Below, one piece after another: positions 10,006 to 19,606 of a stretch of DNA of 64,000 nt. Numbering within the stretch: position 1 is the first letter of the stretch; each line of letters begins with the position of its first letter. Location: positions 7,329 to 71,328 of the forward strand of contig CALUYM010000002.1 of NCBI GenBank assembly GCA_944325035.1, in the 5' to 3' direction. The DNA comes from an uncultured Anaeroplasmataceae bacterium. GTDB lineage: Bacteria > Bacillota_I > Bacilli_A > Acholeplasmatales > Anaeroplasmataceae. Below the pieces are notes generated by a model that searched no databases, was not told the DNA's origin, and saw only the letters and a list, made by a program, of their open reading frames with translations. The translations under genes were made by a program, and so were the position numbers.

Positions 10006-11049
10006 ATGATAATAAAAAAATTTGGTGGTACATCGCTTAAAGATTTAAAGTGTATTGAAGATGTAGCTAAAGATATATTTAAAACTAAAGAAAAACAAAT
10101 TATAGTTGTTTCTGCACCAAGTGGATTTACAAATAAAATTTTAAGTGATGCATATAGTTTAAGCGAAAAACCAAGCTTAAGAGAAATTGATCAAATGATT
10201 ATAACGGGAGAGATGATTAATGCCTCGTTATTAGCAATTTCTCTTGATAATTTAGGGTTAAAAGCAATTAGTCAAAATGCATTAAGCTTAAATATAGAAG
10301 TTAGTCTAGATTATGGTGATGCAAATATTTTGCAAATTGATAAGAACAAATTAGATTCGTTGTTATTGGAATATGATGTAATTGTAGTAACTGGGTTTCA
10401 AGGGATAAAAGAAACCGAGTTTTTAAGTTTAGGTCGTGGTGGATCTGATACAACAGCCTTAGCAATCGCGTCACTTTATGATTTACCTTGCTATATATAT
10501 ACTGATGTTGCTGGGGTTTATTTAGTAGATCCAAGAACAATGAATGAAGTTTTTCCTTATGAAGATATATCCTTAAGCGATATGCTTGAATTTTCATTAG
10601 CAGGTAATAAGGTTTTAGCGCCCAAAGCGGCGCAACTTGCGTTTGATAAAAAAATACCTACTACAATTTTAAAGAGTTTAACGAATAAAGGAACAGATAT
10701 TTTACCAATTGAAACAAGAGGAATTCGTGGTATCGAAATTATTGATAATATATCGATAAGCAATACATTTGAAAAAAATTCGTTACTTTATTTTCTAGAT
10801 AATGAAGAAGTCACATCAATAAAGAAAGAAAAAAGTTCAGAATATTCTTTGTTTACGATTATAGGTTCTTTTTTAATTAAAACAAAGATTTATGAAAAGG
10901 TTTTAGTTATTTTGAAGAAGTATGAAATCAAAAAAGCAATTATTAAAGAAAACTACATGGCACTTATTATCCCTAGTATTTATAAAAATATAATTCTTGA
11001 TAATCTCTTAAATAATATAAAAGAATTAAATGAAAATATTGAAATTTAA
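10006..11049 (+). CDS. Aspartate kinase-like amino-acid kinase with a short, divergent C-terminal region
   Basis: N-terminus KFGGTSL...VVSAPSG and GRGGSDTTA are amino-acid kinase fold motifs. At 347 aa it is shorter than typical aspartokinases, and I could not recognise clear ACT domains. Confidence 0.6.
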   Translation: MIIKKFGGTSLKDLKCIEDVAKDIFKTKEKQIIVVSAPSGFTNKILSDAYSLSEKPSLREIDQMIITGEMINASLLAISLDNLGLKAISQNALSLNIEVSLDYGDANILQIDKNKLDSLLLEYDVIVVTGFQGIKETEFLSLGRGGSDTTALAIASLYDLPCYIYTDVAGVYLVDPRTMNEVFPYEDISLSDMLEFSLAGNKVLAPKAAQLAFDKKIPTTILKSLTNKGTDILPIETRGIRGIEIIDNISISNTFEKNSLLYFLDNEEVTSIKKEKSSEYSLFTIIGSFLIKTKIYEKVLVILKKYEIKKAIIKENYMALIIPSIYKNIILDNLLNNIKELNENIEI

Positions 11050-11265
11050 AAGGGCTTTAGATAATGGATGATATAAATAAAAATTATTAGCTAAATTAAC
11101 TATATCTTTTCAGTTTTTTTAGAAAAAATATACTTTTGAATTAATTATCCCAAAACATTTCTTTTAAAATACTAGTATTTATTTTTTATAGAGTAATGAT
11201 GTTGAAAAAAAACGAAAAAGGTACTATACTAGTATTGTGTGAAAAAATCACAGGAGGAATTATTT

Positions 11266-14200
11266 ATGGCTCAAAAAAAAGAAATTAAAAGAATGGCTAT
11301 AGATGGTAACTACGCTGCCGCATATGTATCATATGCATTTACTGAAGTAGCTGGTATTTACCCTATTACGCCTTCAACTCCAATGGCAGAATACGTTGAT
11401 GAATGGGCTTCTCAAGGTAAGAAGAACTTATTTGGTATGCCAGTTAAAATTGTAGAAATGCAATCAGAAGCTGGTGCGGCTGGTACAGTTCATGGTTCTC
11501 TTGAAGCTGGTGCATTAACAACTACTTACACGGCATCTCAAGGATTACTATTAAAGATTCCTAATATGTATAAAATTGCCGGTGAATGCTTACCAGGAGT
11601 TATTCACGTTGCAGCTCGTGCACTTGCTGCACAATCATTATCAATTTTTGGTGACCACCAAGACGTTATGGCAGCTCGTCAAACTGGTTTTGCGATGCTT
11701 TGCTCAAACAGTGTACAAGAAGTTATGGATTTAGGTGGAGTAGCTCACTTATCAGCTATTAAATCATCAATTCCATTCCTACACTTCTTTGATGGTTTTA
11801 GAACATCTCATGAAGTTAACACTGTAGAATTAATGGACTATGAAGTATTCGATCGTTTATTAGATCGTCAAGCTGTTCAAAAGTTCCGTGAAAATGCTTT
11901 AAACCCAGCATTCCCTAAAATTAGAGGAACTGCACAAAATGATGACGTTTATTTCCAAACTCGCGAATTACAAGCTAAGCAATACAAGAATGTTCCAGAT
12001 GTAGTTGCTGAATATATGGCAGAAATTTCTAAAGTTACTGGTCGTCACTATGCTCCATTTGTATACTATGGTGCTCAAGATGCAACTGATGTAATCATTG
12101 CAATGGGTTCTGTATGTCAAACAGCTAGAGAAGTTGTTGATTATTTAACTGAAAAAGGGAAAAAAGTTGGTTTATTAGAAGTTCATTTATATCGTCCATT
12201 TAGCGCAAAATACTTCTTCGAAGTTATGCCTAAATCTGTTAAGAGAATTGCTGTATTAGATCGTACAATCGAACAAGGTTCTGTTGGAGAACCATTATTC
12301 CTAGATGTTAAGGGTCTATATTATGGTGTTGAAAATGCTCCATTAATCATTGGTGGACGTTATGGTTTATCTTCAAAAGATACAACTCCAAACTTAATCA
12401 ATGCTGTTTATGAAAACCTTGCTAGTGAAGCTAGAAACAACTTTACAGTTGGTATTAATGATGATATTGATCATACTAATGTTGTTGTAAAAAATACAAT
12501 TGATACAGCAGATAAAACTGCTACTGAATTACTATTCTTCGGTTTAGGTTCAGATGGTACAGTAGGTGCTTGTAAAAATATCGCTAAAATTGTTGGAGAC
12601 TATACTGATTTATATTCTCAAAGTTATGCAGCATATGACTCTAAAAAATCAGGTGGTTCTACAAGATTACACTTACGTTTCTCAAAGAATCCAATCCGTT
12701 CTACTTATTTAGTAAATAATCCACACTTCGTATCATGTTCACTTGATGCATACTTAAAGAAATTTGATATGATTAAGGGATTACGTGATGGAGGTACATT
12801 CCTTCTTAATACGGTAACACCTAAAGAAGATATTGAAAAGTTACTTCCAAATTCATATAAGATTATTCTTGCAAAACGTCATGCTAAGTTATATATTATC
12901 GATGCGACTCATGCTGCATTAGAATGTGGTTTCCGTCCAGGTCTTGGTGTTAACACAATTATGCAATCAGCTTTCTTCAAATTGAATGAACAAATTATGG
13001 ACTATGAAGAAGCAAAACAACATATGAAAGAGTTTGCTCAAAAGACTTATGCTAAGAAGGGTCAAGAACTTGTAGATATGAACTGTAAAGCTGTTGATAT
13101 GGGTGAAAGCAAGATTGTTGAAGTTGAAGTTAAACCTGAATGGGCTAATCTTGAACCTGAAACTAAGATTGAAGCTACTAATCGTCCACGTTTCGTTCGC
13201 GAAATTGCAGATAAGATTGACTCATTAGAAGGAGATAATTTACCTTTATCAGTGTTCACAGGTCGCGCTGATTGTTCAATGCCAAGTGGAACTGCTCAAT
13301 TTGAAAAACGTGGTACAGCTTCTCAAGTTCCAGTTTGGGATGCTTCAAAATGTATTCAATGTAATCAATGTTCATTCGTATGTCCACATGCTACAATTCG
13401 TCCATTCTTAGTTAGTAAAGATGAAGAAGCAAATGCTCCTGAAGGTGTTGATTATCTAAAGGCAGTAGGTAAGGGACTAGAAGACTATAAGTATACATTA
13501 GTAGTTAGTCCACTTGACTGTACAGGATGTGGAGTATGTACAACAGTTTGTCCTAAGGACTGCTTATCAATGAAACCTATTAAGGATTCAATTGATGCTA
13601 AGCGTGATGTTGTAACAGATTACTTCTATAATAAAGTTACTTATAAATCTGATTTAGTTGGAAATGCTAATGTTAAGAATGTTCAATTCGCTAAACCATT
13701 ATTTGAGTTCTCAGGAGCTTGTGGTGGATGTGGTGAAACTCCTTATGTTAAAGCATTATCTCAATTATTCGGTTCTCGTATGATGGTAGCTAATGCAACT
13801 GGATGTTCTTCAATCTATTCTGGTTCATATCCATCTAGCCCATATACAACAAATGCTAAAGGCCATGGTCCAGCTTGGGCTAACTCATTATTTGAAGACA
13901 ATGCTGAATTCGGATTTGGTATGCATATTGCATATGAAACAATGAGAGATAGATTACAAAATGTAATTGTAAACAACTTAGATGAAATGTCAGAAGAACA
14001 AAAGGCTGTTGCTCAAGAATGGTTAGATAACCGTCAAAATGGTGAAGTTACTGAAGCTTTAGCTCCTAAGATGGTTGAATTATTCGAAACTGATAGTCGT
14101 CCATTTGCTAAAGAAATTATGACATTAAAACAATTCATCGTTAAAACAAGTCAATGGATTATCGGTGGAGATGGTTGGGCTTATGACATTGGATTTGGTG

Positions 14201-14811
14201 GTCTAGACCATGTTATCGCTAATAATGAAGACGTTAATATTTTAGTTGTCGATACAGAAGTATATTCAAATACAGGTGGTCAATCTTCTAAATCAAGTCA
14301 TACAGGTTCAATTGCTAAGTTCACAGCTGCAGGTAAACGTGCTGCTAAGAAGGATTTAGCTTCTATTGCAATGTCTTATGGACATGTATACGTAGCTACA
14401 GTATGTCATGGTGCAAACCCAGCTCAAGTTATCAAGGCATTAAAAGAAGCAGAAGCTTATAAGGGTCCATCAATCGTTATTTGTTACTCTCCTTGTATTG
14501 CTCATAACATCAAAGGTGGTCTATTCAAGACACAAATTGAAGCTAAGTTAGCAACAGAATGTGGTTACTTCCCTACTTTCCGTTTCAATCCTGATTTGGC
14601 AAAAGAAGGCAAGAACCCATTTGTTATGGATTGCAAGGAACCTAACTGGGATAAGTATAATGACTTCTTAATGAACGAAGGACGTTATGCTCAATTATCT
14701 AAGATTAACCCAACTAAGGCTAAAGAATTACTTGAAGAAAATTTACGTAATGCACAAATTCGTTATGAATCTTATAAAGCTCGTGCTAACGATCCAAAGT
14801 ATAATAATTAA
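11266..14811 (+). CDS. nifJ: Pyruvate:ferredoxin (flavodoxin) oxidoreductase (PFOR)
   Basis: About 1180-aa single-chain PFOR with two 4Fe-4S ferredoxin motifs (CIQCNQCSFVCP, CTGCGVCTTVCP) and a TPP-binding region (GGDGWAYDIG). ATG 11266 is preferred over the track's GTG 11239 because AGGAGG sits 7 nt upstream. Confidence 0.95.
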   Translation: MAQKKEIKRMAIDGNYAAAYVSYAFTEVAGIYPITPSTPMAEYVDEWASQGKKNLFGMPVKIVEMQSEAGAAGTVHGSLEAGALTTTYTASQGLLLKIPNMYKIAGECLPGVIHVAARALAAQSLSIFGDHQDVMAARQTGFAMLCSNSVQEVMDLGGVAHLSAIKSSIPFLHFFDGFRTSHEVNTVELMDYEVFDRLLDRQAVQKFRENALNPAFPKIRGTAQNDDVYFQTRELQAKQYKNVPDVVAEYMAEISKVTGRHYAPFVYYGAQDATDVIIAMGSVCQTAREVVDYLTEKGKKVGLLEVHLYRPFSAKYFFEVMPKSVKRIAVLDRTIEQGSVGEPLFLDVKGLYYGVENAPLIIGGRYGLSSKDTTPNLINAVYENLASEARNNFTVGINDDIDHTNVVVKNTIDTADKTATELLFFGLGSDGTVGACKNIAKIVGDYTDLYSQSYAAYDSKKSGGSTRLHLRFSKNPIRSTYLVNNPHFVSCSLDAYLKKFDMIKGLRDGGTFLLNTVTPKEDIEKLLPNSYKIILAKRHAKLYIIDATHAALECGFRPGLGVNTIMQSAFFKLNEQIMDYEEAKQHMKEFAQKTYAKKGQELVDMNCKAVDMGESKIVEVEVKPEWANLEPETKIEATNRPRFVREIADKIDSLEGDNLPLSVFTGRADCSMPSGTAQFEKRGTASQVPVWDASKCIQCNQCSFVCPHATIRPFLVSKDEEANAPEGVDYLKAVGKGLEDYKYTLVVSPLDCTGCGVCTTVCPKDCLSMKPIKDSIDAKRDVVTDYFYNKVTYKSDLVGNANVKNVQFAKPLFEFSGACGGCGETPYVKALSQLFGSRMMVANATGCSSIYSGSYPSSPYTTNAKGHGPAWANSLFEDNAEFGFGMHIAYETMRDRLQNVIVNNLDEMSEEQKAVAQEWLDNRQNGEVTEALAPKMVELFETDSRPFAKEIMTLKQFIVKTSQWIIGGDGWAYDIGFGGLDHVIANNEDVNILVVDTEVYSNTGGQSSKSSHTGSIAKFTAAGKRAAKKDLASIAMSYGHVYVATVCHGANPAQVIKALKEAEAYKGPSIVICYSPCIAHNIKGGLFKTQIEAKLATECGYFPTFRFNPDLAKEGKNPFVMDCKEPNWDKYNDFLMNEGRYAQLSKINPTKAKELLEENLRNAQIRYESYKARANDPKYNN

Positions 14812-14852
14812 TTATTGCATTAAATAAAATTAAATAAAGCTTAAATAATAAA

Positions 14853-14900
14853 CTCAGTTAAAACTATTTAATATATGTTTAGTTCTTAACTGGGTTTTTT
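14853..14900 (+). terminator. Rho-independent terminator of nifJ
   Basis: Stem CTCAGTTAA / TTAACTGGG with an inner AACTA/TAGTT extension, followed by TTTTTT. Confidence 0.6.
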
Positions 14901-15737
14901 ATTATTTTATTATAAGTAATTATCTAATTTAAACTTGAAAATATGTATAGCATTTGGATTTAGAAAAGATAATAAAGATAAACTTTATAATATCTTAATT
15001 TATTTGCTCGTAATCACAATTTTTAATAAAAATTATTTGAATATGTGCACTTGATATTAATCCTATTATTTGGTTTTAGTTCTTTTTTTGTATAAATGGT
15101 ATAAAATATTTTTGATAGCTAACATGGAATTAAGCTAATTGAATTTATATTTTTGTTTTAATTTATCTAATATTAAATTGTAAATTCTAGCTACTTATTT
15201 AGATTGTTAAGTACCAAGAAGTATTTCATCTGTTTTCTCTCAACGATGTAATATGATATAGCATCCGTCTTGCTTGCGTTCCAAAGATGATAAGTTTTTG
15301 TACTGGGCAATTTTTCATACGTTCCTTTTATTTTGTTTTCCGATTCCATTTTCTTTTCGGTGTCAAGCCGGTAGTATTACTTTTCGGATGTTCATTCTAT
15401 TTTCTAGGAACTATATCGATGACTACCCCAAGTAGACACCTAAATTACCTTCGTTCTATAAAAAAGCTCGTTTTTCTGATAAAATATTATATAAAACTAG
15501 ATAGTTATAAGGCGTTAGATAAATATAAGCATTTATATTACATAATTCAATAGATGGTTAAAACAAGTGAAGAATTTCAAAAAAAGCTTCCAGTTATTAT
15601 AAAACCAAACTTATATGATTGATTACATCTAAATCTAAAAAATTAAAGAAAAAGCATTGCATCAATTAAGTTAAAGTAAATTAAGAAAAAATAAACTATA
15701 ATTTGTTTTCTAGTTATAATATTTGATAAAGTTTAAC

Positions 15738-15766
15738 TTGATTATCATACTAAAATAACATATAAT
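15738..15766 (+). promoter_or_regulatory. Sigma-A-type promoter for the riboswitch-ATPase transcript
   Basis: TTGATT (15738-15743), a 17-nt spacer, then TATAAT (15761-15766). Confidence 0.5.
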
Positions 15767-15785
15767 ATACATACGAATTAAAGTT

Positions 15786-15886
15786 CCTTTAAAAAGGGGA
15801 GTAGCAGGCAATATGCAACTAAAGTCGACATCCCGATAGAAATATCCGGCTTTAGTAATCATTCACTTGATTTGCAAGACCTTTTC
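15786..15886 (+). promoter_or_regulatory. yybP-ykoY-type Mn2+ riboswitch aptamer
   Basis: Contains the hallmark AAAGGGGAGUAG element, a downstream GUCGACAU element and a closing CCUUU strand. The 3' strand of the closing helix overlaps the 5' arm of the terminator at 15877-15912. It lies directly upstream of a P-type ATPase gene. Confidence 0.65.
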
Positions 15887-15912
15887 ATGTTTATATGAAG
15901 GGTCTTTTTTTT
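15877..15912 (+). terminator. Riboswitch expression-platform terminator (attenuator)
   Basis: Stem AGACCTTTTCAT / ATGAAGGGTCT (one bulge, G-U pairs), loop GTTTAT, then a T8 run. It ends 28 nt before the ATPase start. Confidence 0.7.
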
Positions 15913-15940
15913 GTGAAAAATATTTAGGAGGAATAATAAA

Positions 15941-18538
15941 GTGAAATTAGAAGAAATCATTAAGTCTAATTCAAGTGATACTGAAAAAGGTTTATCACAA
16001 GCACAAGTTGCTGAAAAGCAACAACAACATGGATTTAACGAACTTAAAGAAGGTAAGAAAACACCTCTTATTGTTAAATTCTTAGAACAATTTACTGATG
16101 TATTAATTATTATTTTAATCATTGCAGCGATTGTTTCTGTGATTATCGATCCACATGAATGGGTAGAATCAGTAATTATCTTTGCAGTAGTTATTTTAAA
16201 TGCTGTTTTAGGTGTATTCCAAGAAAATAAGGCTGAAAAAAGCCTTGAAGCCTTAAAGAAAATGAGTCAACCTAGCTGTAAAGTATTACGTGATGGTGTT
16301 GTAAGTCAAATTCTATCTCGTGAAGTTGTAGTTGGCGATATTATTTTTGTAGAAGCGGGAGATTTTATTCCTGCAGATGCTCGTATTATCGAGTCAACAG
16401 ATTTAAAAGTAGATGAATCATCATTAACCGGAGAATCATTACCAGTAAATAAGAATAACAAAGAATTACCTGAAGGTGATCACCCATTAGGAGATCAAAA
16501 AAATATGTTATTCTCATCTACTTACGCAACTAATGGTAAAGCTAAGGCTATTGTTGTAGCTACAGGGATGAATACTGAAATTGGTAAGATTGCCGACATG
16601 CTACAAACTTCTGAAAAAGAAATCACACCACTTCAAATTAAATTAGCGCAAGTTGGTAAGATTATTGGTATTATGTGTCTTGCAATCTGTGCTGTTGTAT
16701 TTGCCTTTGAAGTAATTTCAGGTTATTTACATGGTGGAGATGCAAAATCAATTTGGTTAGAGTCATTTAAACAAGCGATTGCATTAGCTGTAGCTGCTAT
16801 TCCAGAAGGTTTAGCTGCCGTTGTAACTATCGTTTTATCTATCGGGGTTCAAAAGATGGTTAGACATAATGCAATTGTAAAAAAATTACCTGCTGTTGAA
16901 ACTTTAGGTTCTACTAATGTTATTTGCTCAGATAAAACTGGTACTCTTACTCAAAATAAGATGACAGTTGTAAAATTATATAAACAAGAATTGAAAGAAA
17001 TCACAGGTTTAACTGCTGATGAAAAGAAGATGCTATCTTACTTTGCAGTATGTTGTGATGCAAGTATTCAAGAAGATGGAAAACGTTTAGGAGATCCAAC
17101 AGAACTTGCTTTACTTGATGTTAATAATTTACATGGTGTTAATATTGCAAATGTAAAACGTTTGTTAGATTTACCTTTTGATAGTGAAAGAAAAATGATG
17201 ACAACTGTTATAAATGAAGACGGTAAATTCATTGCTATCACTAAAGGTGCACCAGATATTGTTTTACGTAAATCAGTTAATAAGCAAACTGAAATCGATA
17301 ATGCATTAGCTGCTAATAAACGCATGGCTGAAAGTGCTCTTCGTGTACTTGCTTTAGCTGTTAAGATTTTTGATACTTTGCCATCTAAAGAAGATTTAGA
17401 ACAAGAAATGACATTTGTTGGTCTTGTTGGTATGATTGACCCTGCGCGTCCTGAAGTAAAAGAATCAATTCGTATTGCTAAACAAGCACATATTAAAACA
17501 GTTATGATTACTGGAGATCACATAACTACAGCTACCGCTATTGCTAATGAATTAGGTATTATGGAAGATGGTAAGAAAGCTATTACTTCACTTGAACTTG
17601 ATAAGATTTCAGATGAGGAATTAGCTCAAACTATTGATGATTATCGTGTATTTGCACGTGTTGCTCCTAAGGATAAAGTAAGAATTGTTGAAGCATGGCA
17701 AAAGAATGATGCAGTTGTAGCAATGACTGGTGATGGTGTTAATGATGCTCCGTCTTTAAAACGAGCTGATATTGGATGTGCTATGGGTATTACTGGTACC
17801 GATGTATCTAAACAAGCTGCAGATATGATTTTGACTGATGATAATTTTGCAACAATTGTTGAATCAGTAAAACAAGGTCGTGGTATTTATTCTAATATTA
17901 AAAAATGTGTTCGTTTCTTACTATCAAGTAATATTGGTGAAGTAATTACTATTTTCTTAGTAACTATCGTTGGTTTATTCGTAGCTGGTCTTGGTCAACC
18001 ATTATTAGCTGCTCAATTACTATGGATTAACTTAATTACAGACTCTTTACCAGCCTTTGGTATTGGTATGGAAGAGCCTGAAGATGATGTAATGTTTGAT
18101 AAGCCACGCTCTAAGAAAGAAAGTTTCTTTGCTGGTAGAATGGGATTAAATATTGTTTTAGAAGGAACATTTATTGGTTTAATTACAGTTGCTGCATATT
18201 TTATTGGACATTTCGTATTCCATGATGATGGAATGGGACATACAATGGCATTTATGACTTTAGCTACTGCTGAATTATTCCATGCATACAATATCAAATC
18301 TGAACATACAATTTTCTCAAAGAAGACTTTCTCAAATAAATTTATGAACATTGCCTTCTTAATTGGTATGGGATTACAATTTGCAGTATTATATATTCCT
18401 GGATTAAATGATATTTTCCAATTAGTTCCATTAACAATTGGACAATTAGGAATTGTATTTGCATTAGCTATTTCTGTAATTGTGTTTATGGAAATTTATA
18501 AGTTAATCGTTAGAAAAACTGCTAAAAAAAATAGATAA
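15941..18538 (+). CDS. P-type cation-transporting ATPase (P2-type, Ca2+-ATPase-like; Mn2+/Ca2+ efflux suggested by context)
   Basis: GTG start after AGGAGG. Motifs TGES, the DKTGTLT phosphorylation site, TGDHITTA, GDGVNDAP and a 10-TM layout are present. Confidence 0.9.
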   Translation: MKLEEIIKSNSSDTEKGLSQAQVAEKQQQHGFNELKEGKKTPLIVKFLEQFTDVLIIILIIAAIVSVIIDPHEWVESVIIFAVVILNAVLGVFQENKAEKSLEALKKMSQPSCKVLRDGVVSQILSREVVVGDIIFVEAGDFIPADARIIESTDLKVDESSLTGESLPVNKNNKELPEGDHPLGDQKNMLFSSTYATNGKAKAIVVATGMNTEIGKIADMLQTSEKEITPLQIKLAQVGKIIGIMCLAICAVVFAFEVISGYLHGGDAKSIWLESFKQAIALAVAAIPEGLAAVVTIVLSIGVQKMVRHNAIVKKLPAVETLGSTNVICSDKTGTLTQNKMTVVKLYKQELKEITGLTADEKKMLSYFAVCCDASIQEDGKRLGDPTELALLDVNNLHGVNIANVKRLLDLPFDSERKMMTTVINEDGKFIAITKGAPDIVLRKSVNKQTEIDNALAANKRMAESALRVLALAVKIFDTLPSKEDLEQEMTFVGLVGMIDPARPEVKESIRIAKQAHIKTVMITGDHITTATAIANELGIMEDGKKAITSLELDKISDEELAQTIDDYRVFARVAPKDKVRIVEAWQKNDAVVAMTGDGVNDAPSLKRADIGCAMGITGTDVSKQAADMILTDDNFATIVESVKQGRGIYSNIKKCVRFLLSSNIGEVITIFLVTIVGLFVAGLGQPLLAAQLLWINLITDSLPAFGIGMEEPEDDVMFDKPRSKKESFFAGRMGLNIVLEGTFIGLITVAAYFIGHFVFHDDGMGHTMAFMTLATAELFHAYNIKSEHTIFSKKTFSNKFMNIAFLIGMGLQFAVLYIPGLNDIFQLVPLTIGQLGIVFALAISVIVFMEIYKLIVRKTAKKNR

Positions 18539-18546
18539 TAAAAAAA

Positions 18547-18573
18547 TCCACAGTAAAACTGTGGGTTTTTTTT
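18547..18573 (+). terminator. Rho-independent terminator of the ATPase gene
   Basis: Stem TCCACAG / CTGTGGG followed by a T8 run. Confidence 0.75.
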
Positions 18574-18621
18574 AAAATAATTGTAAAAAAACGATTATAG
18601 ACTATGCCTGAGGTGATTAGT

Positions 18622-19565
18622 TTGAAAAAAATATTTATTGTTATTATTGGATTAATTTTATCACTAACCTTATCATGTGGAGATAATAAAGATTTATCAT
18701 AATTCACTAAAAATAAATCTGGTGACGAAGTTGCAACGGAAATCACTAAAATATACATTGAAGGGGAAGTAGAAATACCAAATGAGGGAACTTACAAAAT
18801 GGATTTTTTATTCTCTTTTCAATTTTTAGAGGGAATCAATAAGATCAATTTTTTAGGTAAATCAGAAGCAAGTTTCGTAGTTGATAGAGGTATGAGAATG
18901 ACTTTTAGCTTTGAGTATATTGTTAATAATGAAAAAATAATTTAAGAATTGACGCTGTATATGAAATTTCAAATGATAGACTTTATATAGTTTATAAAGA
19001 GGCTAACTTAGAAAAAGTAAAAATTTACTATGATCAAGTATTATCTAATATTCCTAATGGTTATTTATCAAATAATTCTACTTTATTTTTAAGTAGTTCA
19101 ACTATGCCTGATTATACAATCATTTATTCTTTCATTACTGCATACAAAGATTGTTTTAAAGCAGAAGTATCTGGAGATTATTTATATTTAAATTTTGATG
19201 GAAATACGATGTTTAATACTTTTTTAAATGGACTAATTAATACAATTTTTGTTCCAAATTGTATCACAGGTGCTTTTCTTTATAATACTAAATTTAATGC
19301 AAGTATTAAATTTGACAATAATCTAGTGATAAGAGGAATTAGTACTGAGCCGACTACAAAAATGAATCAAAGTGGAAATGTAGTTGAAATGTGGGCTAAA
19401 TTGTCGATGCAAATAGAATATGGCAATATAAGTTATACATCAATTGCAAATAAGGATTCCTTTATACAAGTTTCTTATCTTTATTATAATGACTACTTAA
19501 ATGTAGTCTTTTTTATTTTTAGTAAAAATTTGCTAAAATTTTTCCTTGAGGATTATTTTTTTTAA
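18622..19565 (+). pseudogene. Disrupted lipoprotein gene (in-frame TAA plus frameshift)
   Basis: TTG start after GAGGTGA encodes the signal peptide KKIFIVIIGLILSLTLSC with a lipobox Cys. An in-frame TAA lies at 18700-18702. The frame stays open to 18945, then continues in another frame from 18933 to 19565 (the track's ORF 19104..19565). The switch is at the A-rich tract GAAAAAATAATTT. Confidence 0.6.
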
Positions 19566-19606
19566 GTGTATAATTATTTAATATATTACAAAGGAGAGAT
19601 TACACT

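Noticed and set aside
11239-11265. The track's upstream alternative starts, such as GTG 11239 for nifJ. Other cases are 26135 sufC, 38140 pgk, 53549 ackA, 49500 SASP, 51325 GT2, 58677 rlmD, 47589 FNT and 48130 GAF.
   Set aside because: In each case an internal ATG is preceded at 5-10 nt by an AGGAGG-like Shine-Dalgarno and matches the conserved N-terminus of the family. The longer versions overlap upstream genes or terminators.
15287-15553. 88-aa plus-strand ORF in the nifJ-ATPase spacer. The related 15859..16122 minus ORF overlaps the riboswitch terminator and the ATPase start.
   Set aside because: There is no RBS, the peptide is Phe/Leu/Tyr-rich low-complexity sequence, and it has no recognisable motif. 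The region is better explained as non-coding (see the structured-patch finding).
18700-18702. Stop-codon reassignment (TAA read-through or an alternative genetic code) as an explanation for the in-frame TAA codons at 18700 and 61002.
   Set aside because: TAA terminates most well-defined genes here at the expected protein ends (for example typA, nifJ, pgk, tpiA). TGA and TAG also act as stops at expected ends (41640, 62124, 60039). Long housekeeping ORFs are intact under the standard code.
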